From positions 677,812 through 741,811 of the forward strand of contig NC_092675.1 in the NCBI RefSeq assembly GCF_964355755.1: DNA of 64,000 nt, given 5' to 3'. The stretch comes from Antedon mediterranea (taxonomy: Eukaryota > Animalia > Echinodermata). A program made the translations under genes and the position numbers. The notes under the pieces were generated by a model that saw only the letters and a program-made list of their open reading frames with translations, searched no databases and was not told the DNA's origin. This document shows, one piece after another, positions 40,487 through 53,750 of the stretch (its first letter is position 1; every line of letters starts with the position of its first letter).

Positions 40487-43400
40487 ATGGACTCAATCAG
40501 AAGATATGTCGTGATGTCCGTTTTGTTAGTCGTTTTATGTATTTTCACATCGGCAAAACAATGTGGGTAAGTAAATTCCACCTTTTTCGGTTGCACTTAG
40601 GAAAAATATTAATGTGGATACTAGAATGCGTTCATGGCTTATTATTTTCATTTATTTTTTTGTATCGAATGTACAGTATATTTATTTTTTTATGCATATT
40701 GTAAATTGTTTTGTATTTTTTTTATCTGTAATGTAACTTTTTATTATATGTACTACAATAATTTCAGACTTGTTCTGCTTTTTGTAATGTTTTTATTTAC
40801 CGGAATAAAAAAAAAAAAGAATGATAACTTATTCTAAGAATGAAAACACTAGATGATGACGATGGCAATGTCTCTCATCTCTAAACATGTTGCCCGGTTG
40901 TTGTCCTGTTATATTGTGCACCCATGTAATGAATACACTAGATGACGACGATGGCAATGTCTCTCATCTCTAAACATGTTGCCTGGTTGTTGTCCTGTTA
41001 TATTTTGTGTACCCATTTAATATTGTTGTGATTTTATTACTCGTGTTGTCAGTCAGTCCTCTTCCAAACATCCTAAAGTAAAACGAAAATGTAACAATAT
41101 GACGATCTCGATCAACGAAGACATTGAATGTCAAATTAAGATGGCAACCGATACACCGGTTCATAGGCAAATCTAAAGCTCTGTCTCACTATCAAACTTT
41201 ATGTGACAACAAATGTACTTTTCCCAAATACCGGCACATGATCATGTCATATCACTACCATATTTGGGTATATCATTACCATATTGGGCAAATTACACTG
41301 ATTTTGTCAATCTAGTTTGATAGTGTAGACAGAGCTTAAAGATGGTTTAGGCCTAATGATATCGCGAACGAATCAACCAAACCGATTTTATATATAAACT
41401 TATTTTTTCCTCAGAAACATGTCATGTGATTGGAATGCTGATGATGAATGTTATTTGTTCTACACCTATAGAGGATCGTGGTACTACCAGTCAAAATACA
41501 AGGTTCAACGAGGCTTCGGTATTAATTATTCATATCATAAGCTATAGTAAAAAAAAAACCTTCTTTAGGATACCCATACCGGTGGTAGGGCCTGGGACAC
41601 TTTGTTGGGTCCCGAAGGTGTCCTCTTGGTTCTAGCAATTTGTCTGTACATTGCTTTCTAATCTAACAAGTTTTCCTTTGTTGTATATAGTGATTGATAA
41701 TACAAAATGTTATATTGCATTCTATAGGCCTAATGGGAACCAATATATAGTCGTAGAGACTAAACCCAATTACGAGCCTAGATTTAATGAATTACGAATA
41801 TACTATTAGTCAATAAACTTCTAAATTTGTTGTTTGTAATCATCTTGCGAACGAAACATTGACGTTATTGTATAGATGAATTACCTTATTCTCTCAGTGC
41901 TCTATGCAAAGGTTACAGAGAGCTTATTCGAGTCTTATTCGAGTCTTATTCGAGTCTTATTAACACATCACTAAACTTTTGTCAATATCTTCGAAAAAAC
42001 TTACTTCAAGGATAAGAGTGGGTAAAATTTGTGATGCAATTAAAACTGTTCATTTCCTATTGCAAAATACATTAATTCTCAGGAAATGTGGTGTGGAGGC
42101 CCTATACTATCTATGCCCCTACTTGAACAGAAGAAGACATTATGTACGTGCATGAGTGTGAATGTTATTATATTTCTAATTATGATATATAATTATTACT
42201 TCCGTGATCGTCAATCGTGATAACATACTACAAGGTTGTGTAATTGTCACATGTGGCAAAAAATGCACGTCAGAACCCCATACTTATTGGATACAAGTAT
42301 AATAAATAAATTACTTAAAAAACAAATTCCTTCGGAGTAAAAACATTGAAAAGCATTCATTTTAAACTTTAACTTAAACGTTGCGGTCGCTTCAACGTAA
42401 ACATTGTGGTCGCTTCAACGTAAAAATTAAAGCCTGTTTTCCGGTCGACGTTAGTCGACGCTATCGTTAACAATAATGTTTAATTTACTACATTGCGGTG
42501 GCCTCCAGCGTGACGTTACGGCTGCGTTGGCAGGAACGTTGATGTAACGGTAGGCCTACCGGTGCTGACAGTCATGAAACGATGTTAGGCCTACCGTATT
42601 ATTACTGATGTAACTTTCTGCACCAAAAACTATATACTATATAATTTAGAAAGTTAAATCACTCACTATGGAAGAATGCGTACCTGAGCAACTTCTCTGT
42701 TTTTATTGAAGTTGACTTAGTAATGCTATTAATAACGCATTGCCAAATTCGTATGATGGTTAGTTTCCAGACTTCACGGTCGCAAAATAGATTTAGTTAC
42801 TCAGGTGTGGGTCTATGTCTCAAAAGCATTACGATTTTTAGTGGTTTCCTGTCTCTCATAATAAACACTGCCTTGAGCAAGTTACGTTTCATGAGCAGGA
42901 GTACCATGCACAGAAAGACACAACACCCATCATCTGAGGATTAGCAGGTAACCACATATTAACGTGATTTTCAATTCATGGTTTCGATCCTTGTTCACTT
43001 GTTTTATTTAATACAAGACTTCCTATTTTGTTTTGCCGGGGGCCTTCTCTCAGTTGGATTTGAATTGTTATAGCATACATATTGTAGATATTAGCTTCGC
43101 GTACATGCGTGCACGTATAGGCATAGTTCGGTTATTGGTCCCACTAAGTAAGCGTCACACAAAAACTTAAGTTAGACAATTACTAATGTGAAACAAACTT
43201 TATTGTAGGCCTAGACTAAAACTTAAAGTTATACTTTATAATACTGTTTAGGCCTAATCAAATCAGTAACATCATTTACACTCTGTGGTTTTCAATACAC
43301 ACATTAGTATTCCAAATGTCCGATTCCACATGCAGCAACATACTATACATTAAACAAATTAAGATAAAAGAACATTTTTATATTTATTTTAGAGTTTTAT

Positions 43401-46400
43401 TTGTATAATGTGACAAAGTTTGTTGATTAGTGATATTGTCTATTATGTGACATTAACTTTATGTGACATATTCTTTAGATGTTTTTGATGAACTGTTCTA
43501 AATCCGTTTGTGGAATTCAACATTGACAGCAGTTTACTTGTATCTCACTACTTTCAAATTCATGTTATTTTATAAATAATTTCCGATATTAGCTGTTGGG
43601 AATTGAAAAAAAAATAACGGAGTAAATGCCCGGGGCCAACGTAAAAGTAGTTTGAAAATTGATTTTTAGAAAAAAATGGGCCTTTATTCAAATTTATTGA
43701 CCTCCCTTAGGAGAAACATATAAAAACTGCCAACCAACACATCAAAATGAAGATTCACCCGAATCGAAAGATTAAAATGGTTTTAACAAGTTAAATAAAG
43801 TGTCAAAATCATAGTGAAAAAGGGAACTTGACTTCGCTGCTTTTCCACTTTTTATTACTCATAATTCGTCAATGTTATATAAAATGTTAGAAGGACGGTA
43901 ACACAATTTAAAATAAAAGTAAAAAGGCCTTACACTACAAACAAGTAAACTTTTTGTATTATACAGATAAATGCAGATTATTTTTTTTTTTTAAGTGTAA
44001 CAAAGATAGTATATTTCTATTTCAAATGATTTACCATTAAATAAGCATATATCACACACTGCTTAAATAGGCATATATCACACACTGCTTAAATAGGCAT
44101 ATATCACACACTGCTTAAATAGGCATATATCACACACTGCTTAAATAGGCATATATCACACACTGCTTTCAAGAAAAACATTTTATTACCGTTAGGCCTT
44201 ATTGTAATTACTAAACATACGGTAATAAAGAAACGATTTTGCAAGCGCAGCAGATGGAATTTAATTTAGTACGATGGATATAGGCCTAGATTTATCGACC
44301 CTTCGTCTGATGTGGTGATGACGTAATATCACGTTGTAAAACGTACAAAAAAGTTCTACAAAAATAATTTACCCACTTCTAAGAAATTTACAATACTAAG
44401 CGTATAATAATCTACTCATGTTGTCATGTTCTATTGAGTAAGATGTTACGTGTAGGCATGTGGAAATTATGACTATTGATCAAAACTAACTCATAACTAT
44501 AATATGGGAATATATTTCAAGTTTTCTTAAGAAGCGGCAATGTGGAAAAAACGGCAAAAGAGATACAACAGCACCTGTTGAATCTCCACCGAGGAAACAT
44601 AATAATTACATTTGAATATATTTAATTTAATTTACTTATAAATATTGAAACGTCAACTCATGGTGATTTTAAGGAAGTTATTATTACATGTGTATGTGTG
44701 GACAAGCGTCATGCTGTATCAGTCTCTCCTTAGCTTCACAAACATCGAATTTGTTTTAATGAAAATTATCAAAGTTGTTAGTGTTAAGATGTTAATTCTG
44801 TAATTATACGCGTTTTATAAATCATTATTTTAATAACTTTAATTTAGTATTCTTTCTCAACAAAAATTATTACAGCACTGGCTTTGTCTTCTTATTGTAT
44901 TGTTAAAATGATATAATTCAACAAATATGATTCATAAAGTTTATAATCTTAGTTCAATTACTTATATTTTTTCAACAAAAGCCATTAACTCTAACTACAC
45001 AATTTGATTAATTTAAAAATCTTTTTACAATTACAGTTTATTAATATTTTCAACAGATAACATATAGGCCTATTTATAAATGATTTTCCATATCAACATT
45101 CATTAGCGTCATTTGCGGTTATGTATATAGGCTACAAATTGTTATTAGTATTTCAGCTTCTTCGAGTGGGCTAGTGTCTACAATTTATGGGCCCTGATTT
45201 TATAGGCCTATTTAACGTCAGTTGAACCGTTTGTAGATATTATAAGGATTTGGGTGCTGGGCACCACTTTAAAAAAGAGAAAACACTTTCTAACACTACT
45301 AACCGTAAACAGTATTTTGTCATTGTTAACTCTACTCGACGCCGCACAATAAAATTTGCAAATCTTGCAGCTAATAATATTTTATATTGATATTCAGGAT
45401 TTAAAAAAAATCTATTTATATGTGTTAATATGTTGAAAAGTGGCTCTATATTTAGATATCGTGCGAAGTTATATTTAAGATACTCTAACCCCAGTAATCC
45501 CACAAGAATTAACGGTTAACGTCCAAAAAGCGAAACAACAACCAAAGTCTAGAAGTTAATTAAAAAGCATCCATCTCTCTCATTTCGAATAGCATTTATT
45601 GTGGACTTAAAACCGCATTGCTTCCGCTTAGTACTCAAGATACTTGGCTCATTAATGCGTGGCTATGTTTGAGAAATCAGGCACGGTTTTATGCGACTGG
45701 GACAGGGAGTAAAACAGGAACTGACGCCTCGAAACACTTATCGTTGGCTGTCACGACTGCTACCCTGGCTAGGCCTATCATCCGTCTTATATCTGCAACA
45801 TCCAGTTGCTTATTTTGACCTTAATAATCCAGTTTATTGCTGACAATAATTGTATTCAGTTGTGTTAATTATTTTATAATTAAGTTTCATAGAATTCATA
45901 CAGCAGAAAATATGAATTGACGTTATTATAGAAAAACGGCCTTAATTAACAGGCGCAGTCTACAGATCCATACGCGTATAAGAGTTTAGGTTTGTGCGCG
46001 ACTCTACAGCTCACTATGTCGGTCGGTCGGTTGGCCGGTCGGGGTCGGTAAACACTAACTCAGATTTACGCACACGACTGCAGCCATGTATATGGCCTTG
46101 TTTATGCGTAGCGTCGGTAAAAACACGTTTCAATGCAGACAATATGTAAATTTATCTGCGTAATTATGTTTACGTACTTATGTACTTAATGCTGCACAAT
46201 CATAGAATAAAATCTAAACTGAGGTGATATCGATGACCTGAATGACCTAATGAACACTCTTCTAGACGTCTAATAAAACCTAAACTAAAAATAATATTTG
46301 GATCAAAAAGTCAATGACATTTGTATAAAAACATTTCAGAGAAAAATGAGTATGTTAATTTTGATAAAACATGCAGGTTATCTTTCTCAGAAATCAGGTA

Positions 46401-48912
46401 CAAACGTTTTTGGATCAATTGATTTTGAGTAATAGCTTTTTCCACACTTTTCTTTAAAATAAAAATGATTATGACTTATATAAAGACAATGATATTACCA
46501 GTATTTCAAAATAAGTTTTAAAATTATATAGGATAGGAATCAACACTTGGTGATACTGGAAATGTTTCTGCTTGTAGTAATGTAGGCAACAACATTCATA
46601 TAGATTAATTTTATTTCTTCTACAGTAAACACTGCCAAATCAGAATCATGCTATAAATACGTGGTAAAGCGGAATATCATATCAACATCTTGTCTAGATA
46701 TGGAGAAATATTGCAAGGAATCCGGGGGAGCTCCAGCCGTCATCAACAGCCTCCGAGAGTACCAAGAGTACAATGAGTTCGTACTAGACGTAACTAATCT
46801 CAAAACATTTGATCCGGTTTATCGCAAGTTTCTTGTACATGTGGATTCTTTACCGATGGCTGGTTTGAATAGGACATGCTCTCAGGTTTTTGTGAAAGAT
46901 GGCTGGCTGACAGATAACGGAGGATATATACTTAATCAACCATGTGCAGAGAAGACAATCGTCAACAGTATATTATGCGAATATAGTAAGCTAAAACATT
47001 TTATTATGATAATAAGGCTTCTAAGAAAAAAGTTGAAGAATTACCTATATAACATAATAAACCGCATAAGAACTAGATTTAAACTCTGTTGATTATTATC
47101 TCTATCCATATTATTACACAATAGGCCTACAGTTAAAAATGTACCTCGATTCAGTTTAAGCCTACTCTTGTAAACATTTTAATTGTGTATGTTTTGTTAT
47201 TAGATTCAAAAATTAAAACGGAACCAATATGTGCAATACCAACACCAACACCAACACCAAAGCCAGCGACAACAACCTTACACACGACAACGACTCTAAC
47301 ACAACAGGAAAACGTTACCATTCCCATGATGTCATCCACTATGTTCCCCACTCCAAATCGTGATGTGCGTGACGACAGAAAAACCATCGGTTTTGCCGCA
47401 ACCACAGTAACGATCATTGGGCTTCTAATTATGATAATCGCCTTACTCTCTTGTATGTTACTCTACATTGGTAAGCAAAAACACAAGCGAAAACAAGAGA
47501 GATATGTAGTCAGGTAATTTGACATGAACACATGTTTTTATTATAGTTCTTAACACAACTATACATTGCCAAATTTCCTTGTTTACCCACTAAGCCTCTT
47601 TGGAATCTTTTAATTTTATTATATTAAATTTAACCTACTATAATATACCTGTCTCATTTGTATTTCTTATTACCACCTTCGTGCATTTACTATTTTGTCA
47701 CTAATAATCTACTATATGACCCCCTATGAAACATTCCTATTATCTTTTAGGGCTCATCAGGAGATAAGATCTGTTCATCTATACGACTCTCCCTTGGGTA
47801 AGTATAATTGACAAAAAACTTCCTCAATAATGAATGTCAATTTTGTGTCGAGATGAAACATTCTTTCTTTTTTATAACATAGCGAAAATTATTCAATGAC
47901 TTTTTTTCTTTATTGGCAAACACGGCGCAAACAGCAAAAACATTAACAAAAATTTAAAAAAATATTTCAAATAGAAAAAATGTATTCAACCATTAAAATT
48001 GTCCAGTAAAAATGGAAAAGAAGAAACAAAATTAAATATTCTTTATTTTTTTTTTTTAAATTGTATAAAAACACTTGTTTTTATAATCTTTGTAAGACTA
48101 TTCCATGCTTTAGGCCTATTAATACTTTAACGATATAAGGGTCTTTTTTCTTTGTAGCAATTTCCAATTCAATTATTATTCGATTTATTTTTTGTAAATT
48201 GAGAAAAAAATAACAAGAAAAACATTGTCATGGTTTTGTTTACTTCATCCATTAATAACTTTCTATTTTAGATGACTGGATGGATAAGCCGTACTTAGTT
48301 GCTAGTCAAAAACAAACACTTTATTCAAATTCTGACGAAACCAATTCCACCAGGCTTAGCGATGTCACCGACGAAACAAACAAAGATCATTACATCACAA
48401 CGTCCACATCGAGTACGAATAGTTATGAAAACCATCATCCCACGAACGATGATAACGAATATTTGTGCCCAATATCTCGAAACCAAGACCAGACAAAGGA
48501 GTACTATAACGTATCCAGTTGTTCAAACCTAGACACGCTAGACGCGAGCATCATCAAACGGATTTACAACCCTCTTCGGCCTCAGAAAGATCTAGTTTCT
48601 GAGACGAGTACAAATAAATACAAGCCTACTAAACCAGTTAAATACAATTACGACAAGTTATCTAGAAGTTCAACAATGGTGTCAATGCCAAACCAATTCA
48701 AGTCAAAACCCCCCAATGTTAGACCCCCAAATGTTACACCATGTAGACCCCCTAAAGGCATTGGACACTGCAACATCGCTGTGCAATATATGCAGCCAGG
48801 TGCCGTAAAAACGGGATATCACCACCTGGAACGCCGCTGTGCAACTATGAACATTGGGGGTACGAATGACCATGATTACTCACGACTCGCAATGAGTGAC
48901 ACTGCAACATAA
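40487..48912 (+). CDS. Orphan type-I transmembrane protein: signal peptide, divergent C-type lectin-like domain, Thr/Pro mucin stalk, TM, long Tyr/Pro-rich cytoplasmic tail (about 513 aa model)
   Basis: Well-supported exons: 46626-46985 (CYKY..C..GG.PAVINS..C..W..C..ILCEY), 47204-47513 (PT/T-rich stalk, TM IIGLLIMIIALLSCMLLYI, basic stop-transfer KQKHKRK), 47751-47797 (HLYDSPL), 48272-48912. Less certain 5' exons: 40487-40566 (MDSIRRYVVMSVLLVVLCIFTSAKQC, signal-peptide-like, strong GTAAGT donor) and 41415-41518; their phases (2, then 1) join in frame. Extra exons between 41.5 and 46.6 kb cannot be excluded. Confidence 0.72.
44041..44167. repeat. 26-bp tandem repeat, about 5 copies
   Basis: Unit ATAGGCATATATCACACACTGCTTAA. 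Confidence 0.93.
45988..46103 (+). mobile_element. Short HINE/DINE-1-like Helentron element with (GTCG)n microsatellite
   Basis: GCGCGACTCTACAGCTCACTATGTC-(GGTC)n...CACGACTGCA-GCCATGTATATGGC-CTTGTTT (3' hairpin plus TTGTTT). Related fragments in reverse orientation at about 50372-50446 and 27432-27478. Confidence 0.7.
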
Positions 48913-51648
48913 CTCATCAAATAATCTGAACATTTTAAACTAATTTACTGATGTAATATTGGCATTTAAATAAGTAATGGTTTACATACTGTTGCATGAG
49001 TTGACGCTTCAATCTCCAGATGCCAGGTGCCTAACTCAAATTATGCAAATTATGTACAAATTGTAAATACGAATCAATGGACGCTGTCTTTTATGAAGCG
49101 TGAGTAAGCTATTTGATATCTTCGCTTCGATATTTTTAAATTCTTAAGTTTGTATAAGGCTTTTTATGCGTGTTATGTACCTAATTAAAACGTTGGTGAA
49201 GTATATAGAAGAAGAATATTTAAAAATTCTTCAGCAACTTATGATAACATTGCATTTTTTTTCCCATCACCGCTTCTCGAAATTCCTAAATGACATTCAC
49301 TGTCTATTCAAACTGCTAGTCTTTGAATTCTCACTGAATTCTTTGTACTAAGAAATTTAAAAAAAATAATATATACATTTGATCAGATTCAGCGCGCTTC
49401 GGGGCAATGGTAATCCAGTGGGGGTGGGGTTCTAGCCGGCCTGGGCCCCCTAAATTTCACAAATTGTAATGCAAAAGATAGGACATCAAATTAAGCTTCA
49501 TTTTACCATTTTTGCCCTCGCCCCGCCCTATTTCAATCAAATAATCAATGTGGTTACAAAGTTTCAAATCCGGAATTTCTACCGTTTTTTTTCATCAGCC
49601 ATACAAGAGCTCTGTAATTTATTTGAAAGACATGTTTCATTAGTTATAATTAACTAGTTATTAAACAAATAAAAGATATTATTAAGCGATATTTATCATG
49701 TACTAAATATTTGTAAATAATGTACAATACAAACACATTGAAATAAAGTAAAAATATATGAAAGTGATTTGTAACTTTGTTCAGCGACTGGTTTATGGAG
49801 ATTAATTTTGCACGAATCTTTCATCAATAAATTCAATTTGTAAACTATTAATTTAAACTCGTCTCTCGTTTATCAATAGTAAAACACCTAATAAACTTAA
49901 TTAAATACTTTCTTAATTTGGTAGTCTTTTATTTGTACCGCGTGTTTAACTTGTTCAAAACAAAGTAGGCCTAATCGTGAAAGCGGGGTTGTTATCGAGT
50001 TCTCTCGTGTGGGTTTAATCTATCCCTACCCACCAAGCTAGCTAGGTAAGGTGGAGTACATTGGAAATCAATGGTTTACTCACATCCTCTAGGAGAACAT
50101 AGTTTGGCATTTATCCACATTTGATGAACAGAAAGGTAAGGTAGGCCTGAACGTAGTATGTACTTCAAAGAAAAACTTTCTTTCTTTCGAACTTTACTAT
50201 AACAAATTGCTTATGGTACGAGACAAGTTTTAACTTCTAGAAGGAATCCATGATAATAATGACTACCAATTACTGCTTTATCTATGTTCACTTTAATATC
50301 TTTTTTTTCTATTTTGTATATGTTCATTCAATTATCTGAATAAATGTTATCTGAATCTGAATTTCAAATTTACATATACATGGCTGCAGTCGCGTCCGCA
50401 AATTTGAGTTAGTGTTTACCGACCGACCGGCCGACATAGTGAGCTATGTGAACGAAACTACATGTATAATAAAGTCTATATCAAAGCATAAATAAATTAT
50501 CAATAAAATCTAAATACTATTATGTGAGAAGTTTAAAAGGGAAATAGCGTGGAAAATCTTGAATCTTTGTCAAGTGTTAGCGGATGTAAACATCTTCAAT
50601 CGTAATAAAATGACAATTGTGGAATAAAAGTATAACAAATTCGATGAAGCTTATATCAAAGAGTAGATGTACTTCAAAGCATAATTATGTAGAAATTATA
50701 TATAAAACCTAAATACTATTATGTGAGGTGCTTATGAGCGGAATAGCGCGGGAAATAGGGTGAATCTCTGTCAAGTGTTATATTAAGCTACTGAATATTG
50801 CAAAGTGATTAGGCCAGGCAAGTTACACTTTTTTGGGGGTTATTTAGAAATGTTACTTGGAACGTCATGACTGGGTAGCCTAATGTTTTGAAAACTTTAC
50901 ACATATAACATATTATATGTTTTATTTAAAATAGGTACTGTTATAATTATGTACACAAGACAGGAGGGGGGGGGGGGGGGTTCTACCACACATAATACAA
51001 TACAGTATACGTAATATGCACTTCTTTATGATTTACAAGTTTTTACTTATTTATTTTTTATCTCCCACTTAAATTAGCCTAACTAACTAAACTGTTAAAT
51101 GAATTATAAAAAACATGTGCACTAATAAAGAGTATTGCCAAATACAACTAATTATCTTTTCTTCATGTCATTAAGTTATCTTGCATCTTGAGCTATCATT
51201 ACATGATGTGCCTAAAGTTCTGTCTACACTATCAAACTTTATATAACAAAAAAATGTGATGTGCCCATATGGACATGATGATGTCATATCACTACCATAT
51301 TTAGGCACATCACACTTTTTGTTGTCAAATTAGTTTGATAGTGTGGACAGAGCTTAACTAAAGAAATACATCAAATACAATGATGTTAATACAAATTGCA
51401 TTTTAATCTTAGGTGTGAACACACTACATAACAATTCGTCCAAAACAAATTTACGATTTTAACAATTAATTATATTAATAATTATAATCAAATACATTAA
51501 TAGTAAATATACTATGATTAGATATTGTAAGGTTCAAATTATATTTGAATTTCATGGAACAATTAATAATATGATGGAATTTGTCAAGCAATACGATTAA
51601 ATACAAACACTGATAATAGTACAGTACCAAGTCTACGGATTTAACCAG

Positions 51649-52130
51649 GAGAGCTACAGTATGGAACCCCAAGTTCCAATACATTAGTATGTACCAGCCA
51701 TTACCATAAGTGTACTTAAATACCATTATATTTAAGATACATGAAGATTAGTCCATGGTACTATGGAAAGCCAAAGAGCTACAGTACGGAACGCCAAAGA
51801 GCTACAGTATGGAACGCCAAAGAGCCACAGTATGGAACGCCAAAGAGCCACAGTATGGAACGCCAAGTTGCAATACATTAGTATGTACCAGCCATTACCA
51901 TAAGTGTACTTAAATACCATTATATTTAAGATACATGAAGATTAGTCAATGGTACTATGGAACGCCAAAGAGCTACAGTATGAAAAGCCAAAGGGCTACA
52001 GTATGGAACGCCAAAGAGCCACAGTATGGAACGCCAAAGAGCTAAAGTATGGAACACCAAGTTGCAATACATTAGTATGTACCAGCCATTACCATAACAG
52101 TACTTAAATACCATTATATTTAAGATACAT
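51649..52130. repeat. 194-bp tandem repeat (about 2.5 copies) with internal 23-bp sub-repeats
   Basis: Sub-unit AGAGCTACAGTATGGAACGCCAA; repeated ORFs in the track are offset by 194 bp. Confidence 0.9.
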
Positions 52131-52814
52131 AAATCTTTTTTATAATATTACAAAATTGCACTCTATTCATATATAAACCCAAGCATTAATTAATGTAAGT
52201 GCATTAAACTTACTAAGTACATAATTTATTAGTCAAACAACATAATGCCAATATACATAAAAAAACAATAATTACACATCAACACACCAATTAAAGTAAA
52301 GTTTAACTAACAGGCTATACATGCATAAGCTATGCAAGTACTGGCTATGAACAGGCTATATGTGTACAGGCTATACATGCACAGGTTATACACACACAGG
52401 CTATACACGTATCAAGTAGGTGGTATATTGTTCCATAATAAGGATTCTACTGTAATTTGAAAGTAAACATATTATCCCATGATCACAAATACAGTATAAC
52501 TTTCTTTTTCAAATTTAACAATCATAAATGTCCTTTTTGTCAAGGTTCTTAATAATAAACTGCATTTAATTTAAAAAAAAAACATTATTAAGAAATTTAA
52601 GCAAAATTCTACATTGCATTATTAATTGAAAAGAAATTAAAAAACATTATGTCATGCTTGTTCACCAATTTGTTTTTATACCTTTATGCTATACTTTTAT
52701 AATAATAACATTAAAATATACTTTGTTCTTTGTTACAGTTATAAATAAATATATCTATCTATATAAATGTCATAGAGTTGTTAAAAATGTAGCATAAAGA
52801 CTACATATGTTAAA

Positions 52815-53750
52815 AAATCTCTATATTAAAGATACCTCTATATTAGGGACTGCCTCTATATCAAAGAACACCTCTATATCAAAGAACACCTCTATATTAT
52901 ATTAGGGACTGCCTCTATATCAAAGAAAACATCTATACCAAAGACAACCTCTATATTAGAGACTCCTATATCTGCAAAAAACAACCTCTACTATATCTAT
53001 TTTAAAGACTACAGTACCTCTAGAGATTACCTCTATAAAGACATCTTAAGAATCCTCTATTATCAGAGTCTGCCTCTATAAAGACTACCTTTATATCAGA
53101 GTCTGCCTCTATAAAGACTGCCTTTATATCCGAGTCTGCCTCTATAAAGACTACCTTTATATCAGAGTCTGCCTCTATAAAGACTACCTTTATATCAGAG
53201 TCTGCCTCTATGAAGACTACCTTTATATCAGAGTCTGCCTCTATAAAGACTACCTTTATATCAGAGTCTGCCTCTATAAAGACTACCTTTATATCAGAGT
53301 CTGCCTCTATGAAGACTGCCTTTATATCAGAGTCTTCCTCTATCCTTCGGATGGGATGTAAAGCCGTTGGTTCCGTGTACTTAACAATGCATGTTAAAGA
53401 ACTTGGTACACTATTCGAAAAGAGTAGGGGATCGTCTCCCGGTGTGCTAATCTGGTAGGCGCTGCACTGCTGGCTGCCGTGGGTCCGTGGAGGGCCTAAT
53501 CCGAATTTCCTCAGTTTCCAGTTAAGCTTGAGGACAAATATGAAATACCTTTACCCTTACCTAAAGACTGCCTTTATATCAGAGTCTGCCTCTATAAAGA
53601 CTGCCTTTATATCAGAGTCTGCCTCTATAAAGACTGCCTCTATATCATAGACTATCTCTACTACATCTGTATTACAGACAACCCCTATACTACTACCAAA
53701 GACTATCTCTACAGTATCAGACACTACCTCTATAAAGACAACCTCTATAT
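52815..53750. repeat. 33-bp minisatellite with degenerate flanks
   Basis: Unit TATATCAGAGTCTGCCTCTATAAAGACTACCTT, homogeneous at 53060-53340 and 53563-53645, grading into CCTCTATA-rich degenerate units. Confidence 0.9.
53341..53562 (+). mobile_element. 5'-truncated DeuSINE-like insertion
   Basis: CCTTCGGATGGGATGTAAAGCCG..GTTAAAGAAC..CACTATTCGAAAAGAGTAGGGG..CTCCCGGTG matches the Deu-domain (AmnSINE1-type) pattern; ends in ACCTTT/ACCCTT repeats; interrupts a 33-bp array. Confidence 0.7.

Noticed and set aside
50966-50980. G15 homopolymer (possible G-quadruplex)
   Set aside because: Isolated simple repeat with no supporting context; homopolymer length is also error-prone.
53210-53458. ORF with KTTFISESASI repeats
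   Set aside because: Translation of the 33-bp minisatellite running into a SINE; no splice or coding context.
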